Virus record (IMG/VR): IMGVR_UViG_3300027193_000013
Location: 1 to 41,860 of that record
Direction: 5' to 3' (one strand)
Source of the DNA: a virus
Taxonomy: Duplodnaviria > Caudoviricetes
DNA: 41,860 nt
Part shown: positions 9,016 to 17,573 of the stretch, one piece after another
How positions within the stretch are numbered: position 1 is the first letter of the stretch
How the letters are laid out: each line of letters starts with the position of its first letter
Program-made: the position numbers and the translations under genes
The notes under the pieces: generated by a model
The model's input: only the letters and a program-made list of their open reading frames with translations
Told to the model about the DNA's origin: nothing
The model's database searches: none

Positions 9016-9027
9016 GAGGAAATAACT

Positions 9028-9462
9028 ATGGTTAGTTCACAAGATAGCAAAATCATGACGATGCTTGCACCCGTTTCCGCAAACGGTGCCGCATTTACAA
9101 CGATTGCACTTGACACTGTTCAGTCTGGCGTAAAGGCTGACTGGGCAACCGTCTATGTCTACTTTGGTGCAGTTGGTGCAAACATCACCGCTGGCAACTT
9201 TAAGTTGACTGAGTCGGATGTCGATAGTGGCTACGCTGACGTCGCTGGTACGACTGCTCTTACCGTTACGGGCACAACCGACAACGGCAAGATTTGGGCA
9301 TTCCAGTTGGACACCCGCAAGCGTAAGCGTTTCATCAAACTGGCTCTTACGGCTGGTGCTGGTGCAACGTTGGCTGCTGCATGGGGCGAACTGTCCCGAC
9401 AGAAGGAAGCACCTTCCACCGCTGCTACCCGTGGCGTCACCGGTGCAGAAATCGTTCTGTAA
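9028..9462 (+). CDS. Capsid decoration/cement-like protein
   Basis: 144-aa Ala/Thr-rich beta protein directly after the capsid gene; KLTESD and KRFIKL motifs; GGAGG SD. Confidence 0.6.
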   Translation: MVSSQDSKIMTMLAPVSANGAAFTTIALDTVQSGVKADWATVYVYFGAVGANITAGNFKLTESDVDSGYADVAGTTALTVTGTTDNGKIWAFQLDTRKRKRFIKLALTAGAGATLAAAWGELSRQKEAPSTAATRGVTGAEIVL

Positions 9463-9472
9463 TCGCTCAACT

Positions 9473-9507
9473 ACCGGGTGGGTTAAACGCCCACCCGGTT
9501 TTTATTT
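9473..9507 (+). terminator. Rho-independent terminator
   Basis: ACCGGGTGGG-TTAAACG-CCCACCCGGT followed by TTTTATTT. Confidence 0.85.
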
Positions 9508-9513
9508 ATCATC

Positions 9514-9990
9514 ATGAAAACAAGAGAAGAAATCGCACTAGAACTTGTACGTATGTGCAGTTCAGAACGGCAACCAGTTTTATCGTCTGATGACCTACTT
9601 GCTCTTGTTGATGAAAGTAGGCGTGGACTACTCTGGGAACCAAATACCGCATATCAAGTTGACGACATAGTATTTCCGGCTACACGAAATGGTCGCATCT
9701 ATGTTTGTATTGGAGCCGGAATAACAGGGGCAACCGAACCTTCATGGACAACAAATCCATACAAGGGAAAACTCCAAACTGACGGCACGTGTGAATGGGC
9801 AGATGACGGTACTGCTTGGTTAGAGCGTTACGATGTCAAGCGAGCCGCTTGGCGTGGATGGCTACTAAAGGCACAACGCTGTACTGAATACGCCGACTCT
9901 AAAGATGAGTCTGTTGACATCAAGATGAATCAGTTGTACGACAACTGTATGAAGACGGCTGAAAGATACCGTCCTTACAACATCTACTAA
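9514..9990 (+). CDS. Head-tail connector-like protein with inserted carbohydrate-binding-like module
   Basis: Position after the capsid genes. Helical N- and C-parts (YDVKRAAWRGWLLKA) flank WEPNTAYQVDDIV..NGRIYVC..GATEPSW..TDGTCEW. Confidence 0.6.
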   Translation: MKTREEIALELVRMCSSERQPVLSSDDLLALVDESRRGLLWEPNTAYQVDDIVFPATRNGRIYVCIGAGITGATEPSWTTNPYKGKLQTDGTCEWADDGTAWLERYDVKRAAWRGWLLKAQRCTEYADSKDESVDIKMNQLYDNCMKTAERYRPYNIY

Positions 9991-10023
9991 GAAAGACCTA
10001 CCTTTTGGTAGGTCTTTCTGTTT
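9990..10023. terminator. Perfect 13-bp hairpin, probable (possibly bidirectional) terminator
   Basis: AGAAAGACCTACC-TTTT-GGTAGGTCTTTCT, then GTTT. Confidence 0.65.
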
Positions 10024-10112
10024 GTACAAGGCACGCCTAGACCCCGCCACAACAACTGTCAACGCATATTCCATAGATATGTGTTCAGACTTTGTGTACA
10101 ACTACCTTGTCT

Positions 10113-10505
10113 ATGTTTACTCAAGATGCTCTATCACCAATCCGTGCTGAAATGGTACGCCGTGCATGCGATACGGATGTACAAGTCCTTCGTGACTTAT
10201 CCCAGTCTGATGGCATGGGCGGAATCACATCTGATTGGCGAATTATCGAATCAGTCAAGGCACGAATAGTTTTTAGCGACGGTAAAGAATCCCTTGAAGG
10301 TGGAGTACTACAGGCTAGGAGCAACTGGCAGATTTATATGCCTACAGGAGCCTCCCTGATGCCCAAGGACAGAGTTAAAGTCTTGAGTGGGACGATGAGG
10401 CAAAGGGTCTTTAATATCAAGTCTGTTGACTACGGTCGTTCAGACGCTTTACTACTTATTGCTGATGCTGATGTTGTTTCTGATAACGGAGTTGATGCTC
10501 TATGA
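10113..10505 (+). CDS. Head closure / head-tail adaptor protein
   Basis: SDGMGG..SDW, IYMP.G..L..KDRV and FNIKSV pattern typical of SPP1 gp16-like closure proteins. ATG 10113 preferred over TTG 10092. Confidence 0.7.
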   Translation: MFTQDALSPIRAEMVRRACDTDVQVLRDLSQSDGMGGITSDWRIIESVKARIVFSDGKESLEGGVLQARSNWQIYMPTGASLMPKDRVKVLSGTMRQRVFNIKSVDYGRSDALLLIADADVVSDNGVDAL

Positions 10506-10858
10506 ACATCGCCTACGGACGTTTAATCTTGATTGCCTTAGGTGCTTTTATGGTCGGCTTTGGACCTGAGTTCGACGCTAGTTGGAAGACTCAACATATA
10601 CCCGACACTGCATCTTTTGGTTTGGTTATGAAAGCCCTTACTGTCTCTTGTATTGAAGGACTCCAAGGTGGCATCCCTGCTGCCGTTAGTGCGTGTATCG
10701 CCTTCTTCATGCGTCAGGATAAAGACACACCAACATTTCAACTTGCAAGTGCTAAGCAAGCGGCTATCCAGCAACTTGAAGAAGAGATGAAAATAACAAC
10801 TGTCGGCACGGTGCTCAGCCGTAATAAAGCGACACGGGAGACAGAAGATGTCATTTGA
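10502..10858 (+). CDS. Membrane protein (holin-like)
   Basis: Hydrophobic segments with a charged C-terminus. Confidence 0.5.
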   Translation: MNIAYGRLILIALGAFMVGFGPEFDASWKTQHIPDTASFGLVMKALTVSCIEGLQGGIPAAVSACIAFFMRQDKDTPTFQLASAKQAAIQQLEEEMKITTVGTVLSRNKATRETEDVI

Positions 10859-11165
10859 TAGAGGTCTGAGCTCAGACGAGATACAACAGATTGTAGCGGG
10901 ATTTTTCGGTAGTCTTGTTGGAGTCTCACGCCAAAGTCATAAGAACATTGGTGGTCTAGTGATAGCAGTTTTGTCCGGTACAGCAAGTGCAACCTACCTG
11001 ACTCCTATCATCGCTGACCAGTTGAAGATAGTTGACCCAAAGTATATGTTAGGACTCAGCTTCTTGATGGGTACATTGGGTTTGCGTGGTGTTGAGTTCA
11101 TTACTGAAAAGTTGCAATTAACAAAAACAACAGCAAAGGTAGAGAAAGATGGCAACACTGATTAA
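10848..11165 (+). CDS. Putative holin
   Basis: Three hydrophobic segments (AGFFGSLVG, AVLSGTASATYLTP, GLSFLMGTLG) and a Lys-containing charged C-terminus. Confidence 0.6.
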   Translation: MSFDRGLSSDEIQQIVAGFFGSLVGVSRQSHKNIGGLVIAVLSGTASATYLTPIIADQLKIVDPKYMLGLSFLMGTLGLRGVEFITEKLQLTKTTAKVEKDGNTD

Positions 11166-11433
11166 TGCCTTAGCGTCTGGCATTATCGCAGTATCCATAA
11201 CTGGCTTTATCGCTATGCTGCAAGCCGAGAGTAACCCTGTATCATCTATGCCTTTTTATCTACGGACGTGGATAAAGTTTTCTTTGGCAATGACAGCCGC
11301 TGGAGCACTGATGAACGTGTTGTCATTATCTACTCCTCCAGCATCTGAGATAGTGCTAAATTGTGGTTTGGCTGGTCTGTTTTCATGGGCATTCTTTTGG
11401 CATAGAATAAAATGGAAGCAGGTAAAAAAGTAA
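11149..11433 (+). CDS. Small three-TM membrane protein
   Basis: Three hydrophobic segments and a basic C-terminus (HRIKWKQVKK). Confidence 0.55.
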   Translation: MATLINALASGIIAVSITGFIAMLQAESNPVSSMPFYLRTWIKFSLAMTAAGALMNVLSLSTPPASEIVLNCGLAGLFSWAFFWHRIKWKQVKK

Positions 11434-11434
11434 C

Positions 11435-11881
11435 ATGAACCTACAGAACTTTCGTATAGAACCGTATCCACTGAACGTCGGTGACTGGATTATCTTTGGC
11501 GATATTGAAGATGATGCCGGTAATCTTATTGGCACGTTTGGCGAAGATGGCACTACGGTCATGCAGTGGTGGTTCCAACAGGATGATGCGTTCCAGTTGG
11601 GTATCGCACAGCAGTTTGCTATCGTCATTGCTACTGACAAGGTAGGACGTAGCGGTATCAACCTACAGCAGTTCCATATCGACAAGAATGAACCGAACAA
11701 CGACTGGTTAGTGTTTGGCAACATTGAAGATGACTTAGGTAATGTGCTGGATACGTACGGTGAGGACGGCACGTCTATCAATCAGTTCTGGCTCAGTAAA
11801 GACGAGCAGTTTCAGTATGGGTATGTGATGCAGTTCGCTATTCAGATGGCACAAGAGATTGTGCAAGGTACGGCTGAATAA
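11435..11881 (+). CDS. Array partner protein S1 (two tandem copies of a ~70-aa acidic domain)
   Basis: Internal repeat DW..FG.IEDD.GN...T.GEDGT...Q.W...D..FQ; ends GTAE; TAATG-coupled to L1. Confidence 0.8.
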   Translation: MNLQNFRIEPYPLNVGDWIIFGDIEDDAGNLIGTFGEDGTTVMQWWFQQDDAFQLGIAQQFAIVIATDKVGRSGINLQQFHIDKNEPNNDWLVFGNIEDDLGNVLDTYGEDGTSINQFWLSKDEQFQYGYVMQFAIQMAQEIVQGTAE

Positions 11882-13656
11882 TGGCTACGTATTACGTAAA
11901 GATGGCATCCGATGGAGGAAATGATTTACTTTCAGGGACATCACCATCTAATGCGTGGGCTACCATCGGTAAGGCTTTAGGGGCTACAGGCATTGCATCT
12001 GGAGATACTTTGTATATCGCTCCGGGTACATACAATGAATCAGTAACCATAAACATGGCAAACCCTACCGCTGAAACGCTCATCATTGGTGACCCGACGG
12101 CTTTGCAATTTCCCGGTATGGCTCCCGGACCTGTGTACCATTCGGCTTGGAATGCAGCCGGAACCACTCAAGTAACATCTGGCGTTTTGATTACAGGCAC
12201 CACTAAAGACTACCTTCATTTTCAAAACATTTGGTGGGCATCTGATTCCGCAAATATAATTGTTTTAAATACATCCAGATATGCGAAATTTACAAAGTGT
12301 CAATGGGTTAGCAGTAATCGTAGTCACAGGCTTTTGCAAATATCATCTGCTGTGGCTGCACCAGTGGACGCAACTATAACCAGATGCGCTTTTATTGGTG
12401 GTGCAATTGGTATTTATTTAACCGGCAGAAATATATTAGATTCAACTAGTATTACAAATAGTTTCTTTGCTTGCACTAGTAACAATTTTGATGTTAATGA
12501 CACAAACTTTTCGTGTATTAACTGTACATTTTTTGAATCAGCCAACGGAGTCGTTCAAAGGGCTAACACAACAGGTACTCCATCTTTTGTTAGAAATAGT
12601 TTATTCCTGTCCTATTCAGGTTTTGCTATGCAAACTACAACGGCTGGAACAATGACGGAAAACTTTAATCGCCTGATAGGTAGTGGTCGTGCAAATGTAC
12701 CGGCTGGCGCAAACTCCGTAACTACTGGCGCACAGGGTGTTGACTATACTTATCTACTTAATCAAGGCATGAACTACCAGCAGATTTGGACATCGCTTCA
12801 AGGTAGTCCTAACATCGCTTTTGGTACGGCAACCGGCGCACCTGCAACCGATATGTATGGTGTTACGTGGACTGGTGCATCTCCTGATGCCGGTTGTGGT
12901 GCGTATCGTGTTATCAATTCAACACCATCGCAGATTGGATATAACGGAGGAATAGAACGCAACACTTCAGCAATCACAATCGCTCCCGGTGAAACTTCCC
13001 GCTCTCTCTACCTCTACCTTGGAGCAACAGGTCTTACACACACAACATTAAACATAAATGCATCCTACACACGTAATGGACAAGCATCAGTACCTATCAC
13101 TCTAGTAGCACAGACACCGACTGGCTCTTACGTCTCTGGTGGCTTCTGTGAAGTATCTGCTCCATACGCTCGTGGCACATACAGACTAGACGTACCTAAC
13201 GCCGCATTCGACTTTGGTGCTGATGACGTGACTATCTTTGTAGGTGGTGCTAACACGACGAACGGTGCAGTTGTTACTTGTAATATGCAAGGCATAGCAG
13301 GAAACATCGTGCATATTGGACCTTTCAAAGTCATCGCTGATGGACTAGGTTCTGACCAACCACTAGACATCGTGCAAGGCGTACAAGCACCTGTATCTGT
13401 TCAGTTAGTAGATGCTAACGAGAACGGTGTAGACATCTCAGGAGCGACTGTAGAGGCTAAGGTGTACAACGCTATAGGCTCGTTGATTGCTACGTATGTT
13501 TGTGTGCCTGTATACGCCGCTGATGGTAGATGTACGTTCCAGTTGACAACACTAGTGACGAATACGGCTGGTGTGTATAACGTGACGTTGACTAGGACGA
13601 TAGGTGGCAACATAGTAGTGTTTGGACCTATGAAGATGATAGTGAGGGCTAACTAA
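11881..13656 (+). CDS. Array protein L1: beta-helix-like body plus two C-terminal beta-sandwich modules
   Basis: MATYYV...AWATI.KAL...GDTLYIAPG.Y is a parallel beta-helix N-cap motif; the C-terminus is shared with L2-L7. Confidence 0.8.
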   Translation: MATYYVKMASDGGNDLLSGTSPSNAWATIGKALGATGIASGDTLYIAPGTYNESVTINMANPTAETLIIGDPTALQFPGMAPGPVYHSAWNAAGTTQVTSGVLITGTTKDYLHFQNIWWASDSANIIVLNTSRYAKFTKCQWVSSNRSHRLLQISSAVAAPVDATITRCAFIGGAIGIYLTGRNILDSTSITNSFFACTSNNFDVNDTNFSCINCTFFESANGVVQRANTTGTPSFVRNSLFLSYSGFAMQTTTAGTMTENFNRLIGSGRANVPAGANSVTTGAQGVDYTYLLNQGMNYQQIWTSLQGSPNIAFGTATGAPATDMYGVTWTGASPDAGCGAYRVINSTPSQIGYNGGIERNTSAITIAPGETSRSLYLYLGATGLTHTTLNINASYTRNGQASVPITLVAQTPTGSYVSGGFCEVSAPYARGTYRLDVPNAAFDFGADDVTIFVGGANTTNGAVVTCNMQGIAGNIVHIGPFKVIADGLGSDQPLDIVQGVQAPVSVQLVDANENGVDISGATVEAKVYNAIGSLIATYVCVPVYAADGRCTFQLTTLVTNTAGVYNVTLTRTIGGNIVVFGPMKMIVRAN

Positions 13657-15446
13657 TGGCTACCTACTATGTAAAGCCAGCCGCGCAAGGTGGCAATAAT
13701 AGTGTCTCAGGCAATTCACCATCGACGGCATGGGCAACGATTGCTTATGCACTTTCAAGTTCGTCTGGATTTGCAAGTGGTGACACTTTGTACATCGCAC
13801 CCGGTGTTTACACTGACACTATAAACGTGACAATGCCGAACCCTACAGTCGAAACTAATATTATCGGTGACCCAACCGTTGCTCAATTCAGTGGTTTGAC
13901 TCCGGGTCCAGTAGTTATTACCAACTACAATGCAACACTTGCGGGGACTGGATATTCAGGCAATCTAATGTCTGCAACAACAAAGAACTTTCTTCATTTT
14001 CAAAATATCAAATTTGCATACGGTAACAGTGCGGCAATTAGTTTTACAACTTGTACAAACTTGAAATTAACAAGGTGTTCATTTATCGCAAGCAAAAAAC
14101 AAAACGACATCATAAGACTCACTAGCCCAACTAGCACCGCAGTAAACTTTACAATTTCAAGATGTGTTTTCTTTGGTGGTAATCAGGGATTATATATAAC
14201 GGGACAAAGTGTTGCGGATGGTTCTAGCATCACAGATTCAATGTTTATAGGTCAAAGCAACACATCACTGTTTTTAGAAAACGTACAAGTTGCAATCTAT
14301 AACTGTGTTGTATGCGGAACATTTTATGGCATGTTGCAACAGCCGGGCAGTCTTACATTCCCCACTACCGTACGCAATTGTTTATTTTTTCAGAATTACA
14401 CCGATGTTCAATCAGTGGGTACTGCTAATACAATTATTGAAAATAACAATCGGTTGTTGAGTCAAATTGCACGTGCTAGTGTAGTAGATAATGGAACGTC
14501 AAGTGTTGTTGGAGACATTGGAATTGACGTTTTTGAAACACTCTTGTGGGGTCTTAATAACGTACAACCATTCACGTCCTATGCCTCATCCCCAAACGCA
14601 AACTTTGGAAATATCACTGGTGCGCCAACAACCGATTTCTACGGTGCTACGTGGACAGGTCCTAAACCTGACGCTGGTGCTGGAACTTACAGGCTTATCA
14701 CTAATGTCCCGGTTAATATCGGCTATGTAGCAAATTTACCGGTGGATGTACAGTCAACAACTATTAGTATTTCGTCAGGCTCTACGTCTCAAAGTATAGA
14801 AGTCTATCTTGGTGCAACAGGCTTAAATGCTACTACTGTTGGTTTACAGGCTTACTACAACAAAACACGTTCTGCTAATCAATCAATACCACTCGTTGCT
14901 CGGACAATTACTCAACCTTGGATAAGCGGTGGATTTGCAGAAGTTAACGCTGTAACAATGCCCGGTGTATATCGACTGGACATACCAGACGAAGCAATAT
15001 CTAATGGTTATGGTCAAACAGTAGTCACCATCAGAGGAGCATCTGGAACTAATGGTGCAGTAGTTACTATCCAAGACCCGCCAGAACGTGCTAGTAACAT
15101 CACCATGGGTCCATACAAACTGATATCCAACCACATGGGTGCAGACAACCCACTGGAAGTACTGAAAGGCGTACAAGCACCTGTAGACCTTCAGTTGGTT
15201 GATAATAGCGGTGGTGGTGTAGATATTACTGGTGCTACTGTTACTGCTAAAATCTACAATGCGTCTAGTCAACTGATAGACACGTATACTTGTACGCCAA
15301 CCTATGCGTTAGATGGTCGTTGTTCGTTCAACTTGGATACAACGGTAACGGATAACAGTGGTCACTATACGGTGACTGTGACACGGCAGGTTGGTGGGAA
15401 TATCGTGGTGTTTGGACCGCTGAGATGTTTGGTGAGGGCTAACTAA
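13656..15446 (+). CDS. Array protein L2
   Basis: Same architecture as L1; TAATG coupling. Confidence 0.8.
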   Translation: MATYYVKPAAQGGNNSVSGNSPSTAWATIAYALSSSSGFASGDTLYIAPGVYTDTINVTMPNPTVETNIIGDPTVAQFSGLTPGPVVITNYNATLAGTGYSGNLMSATTKNFLHFQNIKFAYGNSAAISFTTCTNLKLTRCSFIASKKQNDIIRLTSPTSTAVNFTISRCVFFGGNQGLYITGQSVADGSSITDSMFIGQSNTSLFLENVQVAIYNCVVCGTFYGMLQQPGSLTFPTTVRNCLFFQNYTDVQSVGTANTIIENNNRLLSQIARASVVDNGTSSVVGDIGIDVFETLLWGLNNVQPFTSYASSPNANFGNITGAPTTDFYGATWTGPKPDAGAGTYRLITNVPVNIGYVANLPVDVQSTTISISSGSTSQSIEVYLGATGLNATTVGLQAYYNKTRSANQSIPLVARTITQPWISGGFAEVNAVTMPGVYRLDIPDEAISNGYGQTVVTIRGASGTNGAVVTIQDPPERASNITMGPYKLISNHMGADNPLEVLKGVQAPVDLQLVDNSGGGVDITGATVTAKIYNASSQLIDTYTCTPTYALDGRCSFNLDTTVTDNSGHYTVTVTRQVGGNIVVFGPLRCLVRAN

Positions 15447-17257
15447 TGGCTACGTATTATGTTGCAACTTATGGTTCTAATAGCAACAATGGAACAAGTC
15501 CAGCAACACCTTGGTCATCAATATCTTTTGCTATCGGTGCCGCGTCTGGCACGAACCCCGGTTTGTCCGCCGGTGATACTGTTTGGGTTGCTCCGGGTGT
15601 TTACCGTGAGTCACTTAGTGCGGCGTTGCAATACCTTGGAGGCAACGGCACAGCAGGAAGCCCAATTACTATAAAGGGTGACCCGTTAGTGACACAAGCG
15701 TGGACGGCAACATCTGCCGGTCTTGTTCGCTGGACTGCTAACCCTTCGGATACAACTAACCCAATAACCGGATGGGCGTTGCTAACAGCAACCAGTAAAA
15801 ACTATATAAATTGGGAAAGTTTATACTTTGACACTTGGGTAAGCGGTTATGCAGTTAATCTGACAACGTGTCGTGGTTGGTCTTTTACTAAGTGTGTTTT
15901 CTCTGTAGTGCAGTTAAATAGTCAAATCTTTACGATGACTAACACGGCTGGCACACCCTATGACTTTACGCTTGATAGATGTGTGTTGGCTGGAGGGCAG
16001 TGTTTTACCGTTTCATGCGCTCGCCATTCAAGTACGTACGATGTCAATATAAACATAAAAGATTCAATATTCCTAGGATGTCCAACGACTGCTCAGGCTA
16101 TGGTTTTTCAACAGTCTGGTACAGGTTCAGATGGTAACGGCGTAAAGATATACAACAGTCATTTTCAAGGGTTTGATAGTCAAACAATCTATATTGCAAG
16201 TACAAACACAACACATAACAGCATTGTTAAAAACTGCGTTTTGATTCACGGCAACATTTTCGGTAGCACTATTGGTGCTGTTGCTCAAACGTATAACCGA
16301 TTAATTGGAGTAACTCTCCAAAACACTGCAACATCAGTCACGACGAGTACTGACGGCAGTGCTGGATTATCACTTGGCTATGAACGCATCAATGGATTAT
16401 TGGGTAACGATATATTTGCTCCATATCAAAATAGTCCAAATGCTGGATACGGCAATAACATAGGTGCGCCATTAGTTGACTTATATAGTGCAACGTGGAC
16501 AGGTAACCCAAATGCTGGAGCAGTTCAAAAACTTGAAGCCGTATATCAACCGACTGAGCGTAACCAATCGTTAATGCAAATTAGTGCTGACTCTACATCA
16601 CGCTCACTCTACCTATACTTAGGTGCTACAGGTCTTACTGCTACAACCACTGGTCTTCAAGCCTACTACACCAAAGAAGATGCCGCTCCAGTATCTATTC
16701 CATTAGTTGCACAAACAACAACAGGCGCATGGGTATCCGGTGGTTTTGCTGAAGTGAGTGCGGCTAACCAACCCGGCGTGTACCGCTTAGATATCCCTGA
16801 CGCAGCAATATCTGCCGCATACACACAGACAGTGGTTACGGTTAGAGGTGCGTCAGGCACTAACGGTGCAGTTGTTGTTATTCAAGAACCACCTATCCTT
16901 GGTTCACAAGTACGTATGGGTCCATTCACCGTACAAGCAGATGGTGTACTTACAGACGAACGGCTCAAACTGTTCAAAGGCTCTATCCACTCAATCGACT
17001 TCAAGATGGTTGACCAGTACGGTACAGGCGTAGATGGTACAGGCACAGTCGTTACTGCTAATGCTTACAACAGTGCTGGTTTCTTGGTTGACTCGTACCC
17101 TTGTACTGCTAAATACGCTGAAGACGGCAGATACTCGTTTGCTATAGACGCTACAGTGACTAATGTTGTTGGTATGTACACCATCAATATTTCACGGCAG
17201 ATAGGTTCTGAGATAAACGTCTTTGGTCGTATGAAACTTGAAGTGTTATCGCCATAA
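15446..17257 (+). CDS. Array protein L3
   Basis: Same architecture as L1; TAATG coupling. Confidence 0.8.
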   Translation: MATYYVATYGSNSNNGTSPATPWSSISFAIGAASGTNPGLSAGDTVWVAPGVYRESLSAALQYLGGNGTAGSPITIKGDPLVTQAWTATSAGLVRWTANPSDTTNPITGWALLTATSKNYINWESLYFDTWVSGYAVNLTTCRGWSFTKCVFSVVQLNSQIFTMTNTAGTPYDFTLDRCVLAGGQCFTVSCARHSSTYDVNINIKDSIFLGCPTTAQAMVFQQSGTGSDGNGVKIYNSHFQGFDSQTIYIASTNTTHNSIVKNCVLIHGNIFGSTIGAVAQTYNRLIGVTLQNTATSVTTSTDGSAGLSLGYERINGLLGNDIFAPYQNSPNAGYGNNIGAPLVDLYSATWTGNPNAGAVQKLEAVYQPTERNQSLMQISADSTSRSLYLYLGATGLTATTTGLQAYYTKEDAAPVSIPLVAQTTTGAWVSGGFAEVSAANQPGVYRLDIPDAAISAAYTQTVVTVRGASGTNGAVVVIQEPPILGSQVRMGPFTVQADGVLTDERLKLFKGSIHSIDFKMVDQYGTGVDGTGTVVTANAYNSAGFLVDSYPCTAKYAEDGRYSFAIDATVTNVVGMYTINISRQIGSEINVFGRMKLEVLSP

Positions 17258-17266
17258 GGCTAGACT
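17238..17266 (+). promoter_or_regulatory. Sigma70-type promoter, leaderless start of cassette 2
   Basis: TTGAAG-N17-TAGACT, then 6 nt to ATG 17273. Confidence 0.55.
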
Positions 17267-17272
17267 AAACAT

Positions 17273-17572
17273 ATGAACGACCAGTACAGTTTTGCTAATA
17301 TCCGTAAAGAACATGACGCTCTAACGAACGACTGGCGTGTATTTGGTCAGATAGTCAATCAGTGGTATCAGCCTGACCCTAACGACCCTACTCAGCCTGT
17401 TGACCCATCCACAGTTATTGGAAGTTTCGATAATCCTGATGTTGATGGTGTTCCACAAGGTACTTCGTTGTTTGGATTTTTTACAACTTCAAGTTTACAG
17501 TTGCAAGAAGGCTGGGTAGACGAGTTCTTACAGCGTATGGCTTGGCATATAGTTAACGGTACAGGCGAATAA
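17273..17572 (+). CDS. Array partner protein S2
   Basis: DWRVFGQI, GTSL and GTGE C-terminus match S1 and S3; carries a Pro/Asp insertion. Confidence 0.75.
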   Translation: MNDQYSFANIRKEHDALTNDWRVFGQIVNQWYQPDPNDPTQPVDPSTVIGSFDNPDVDGVPQGTSLFGFFTTSSLQLQEGWVDEFLQRMAWHIVNGTGE

Positions 17573-17573
17573 G

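Noticed and set aside
10034-10062. Minus-strand TTGACA-N17-TAGGCG as an antisense promoter
   Set aside because: The -10 lacks the conserved final T and no convincing downstream gene exists.
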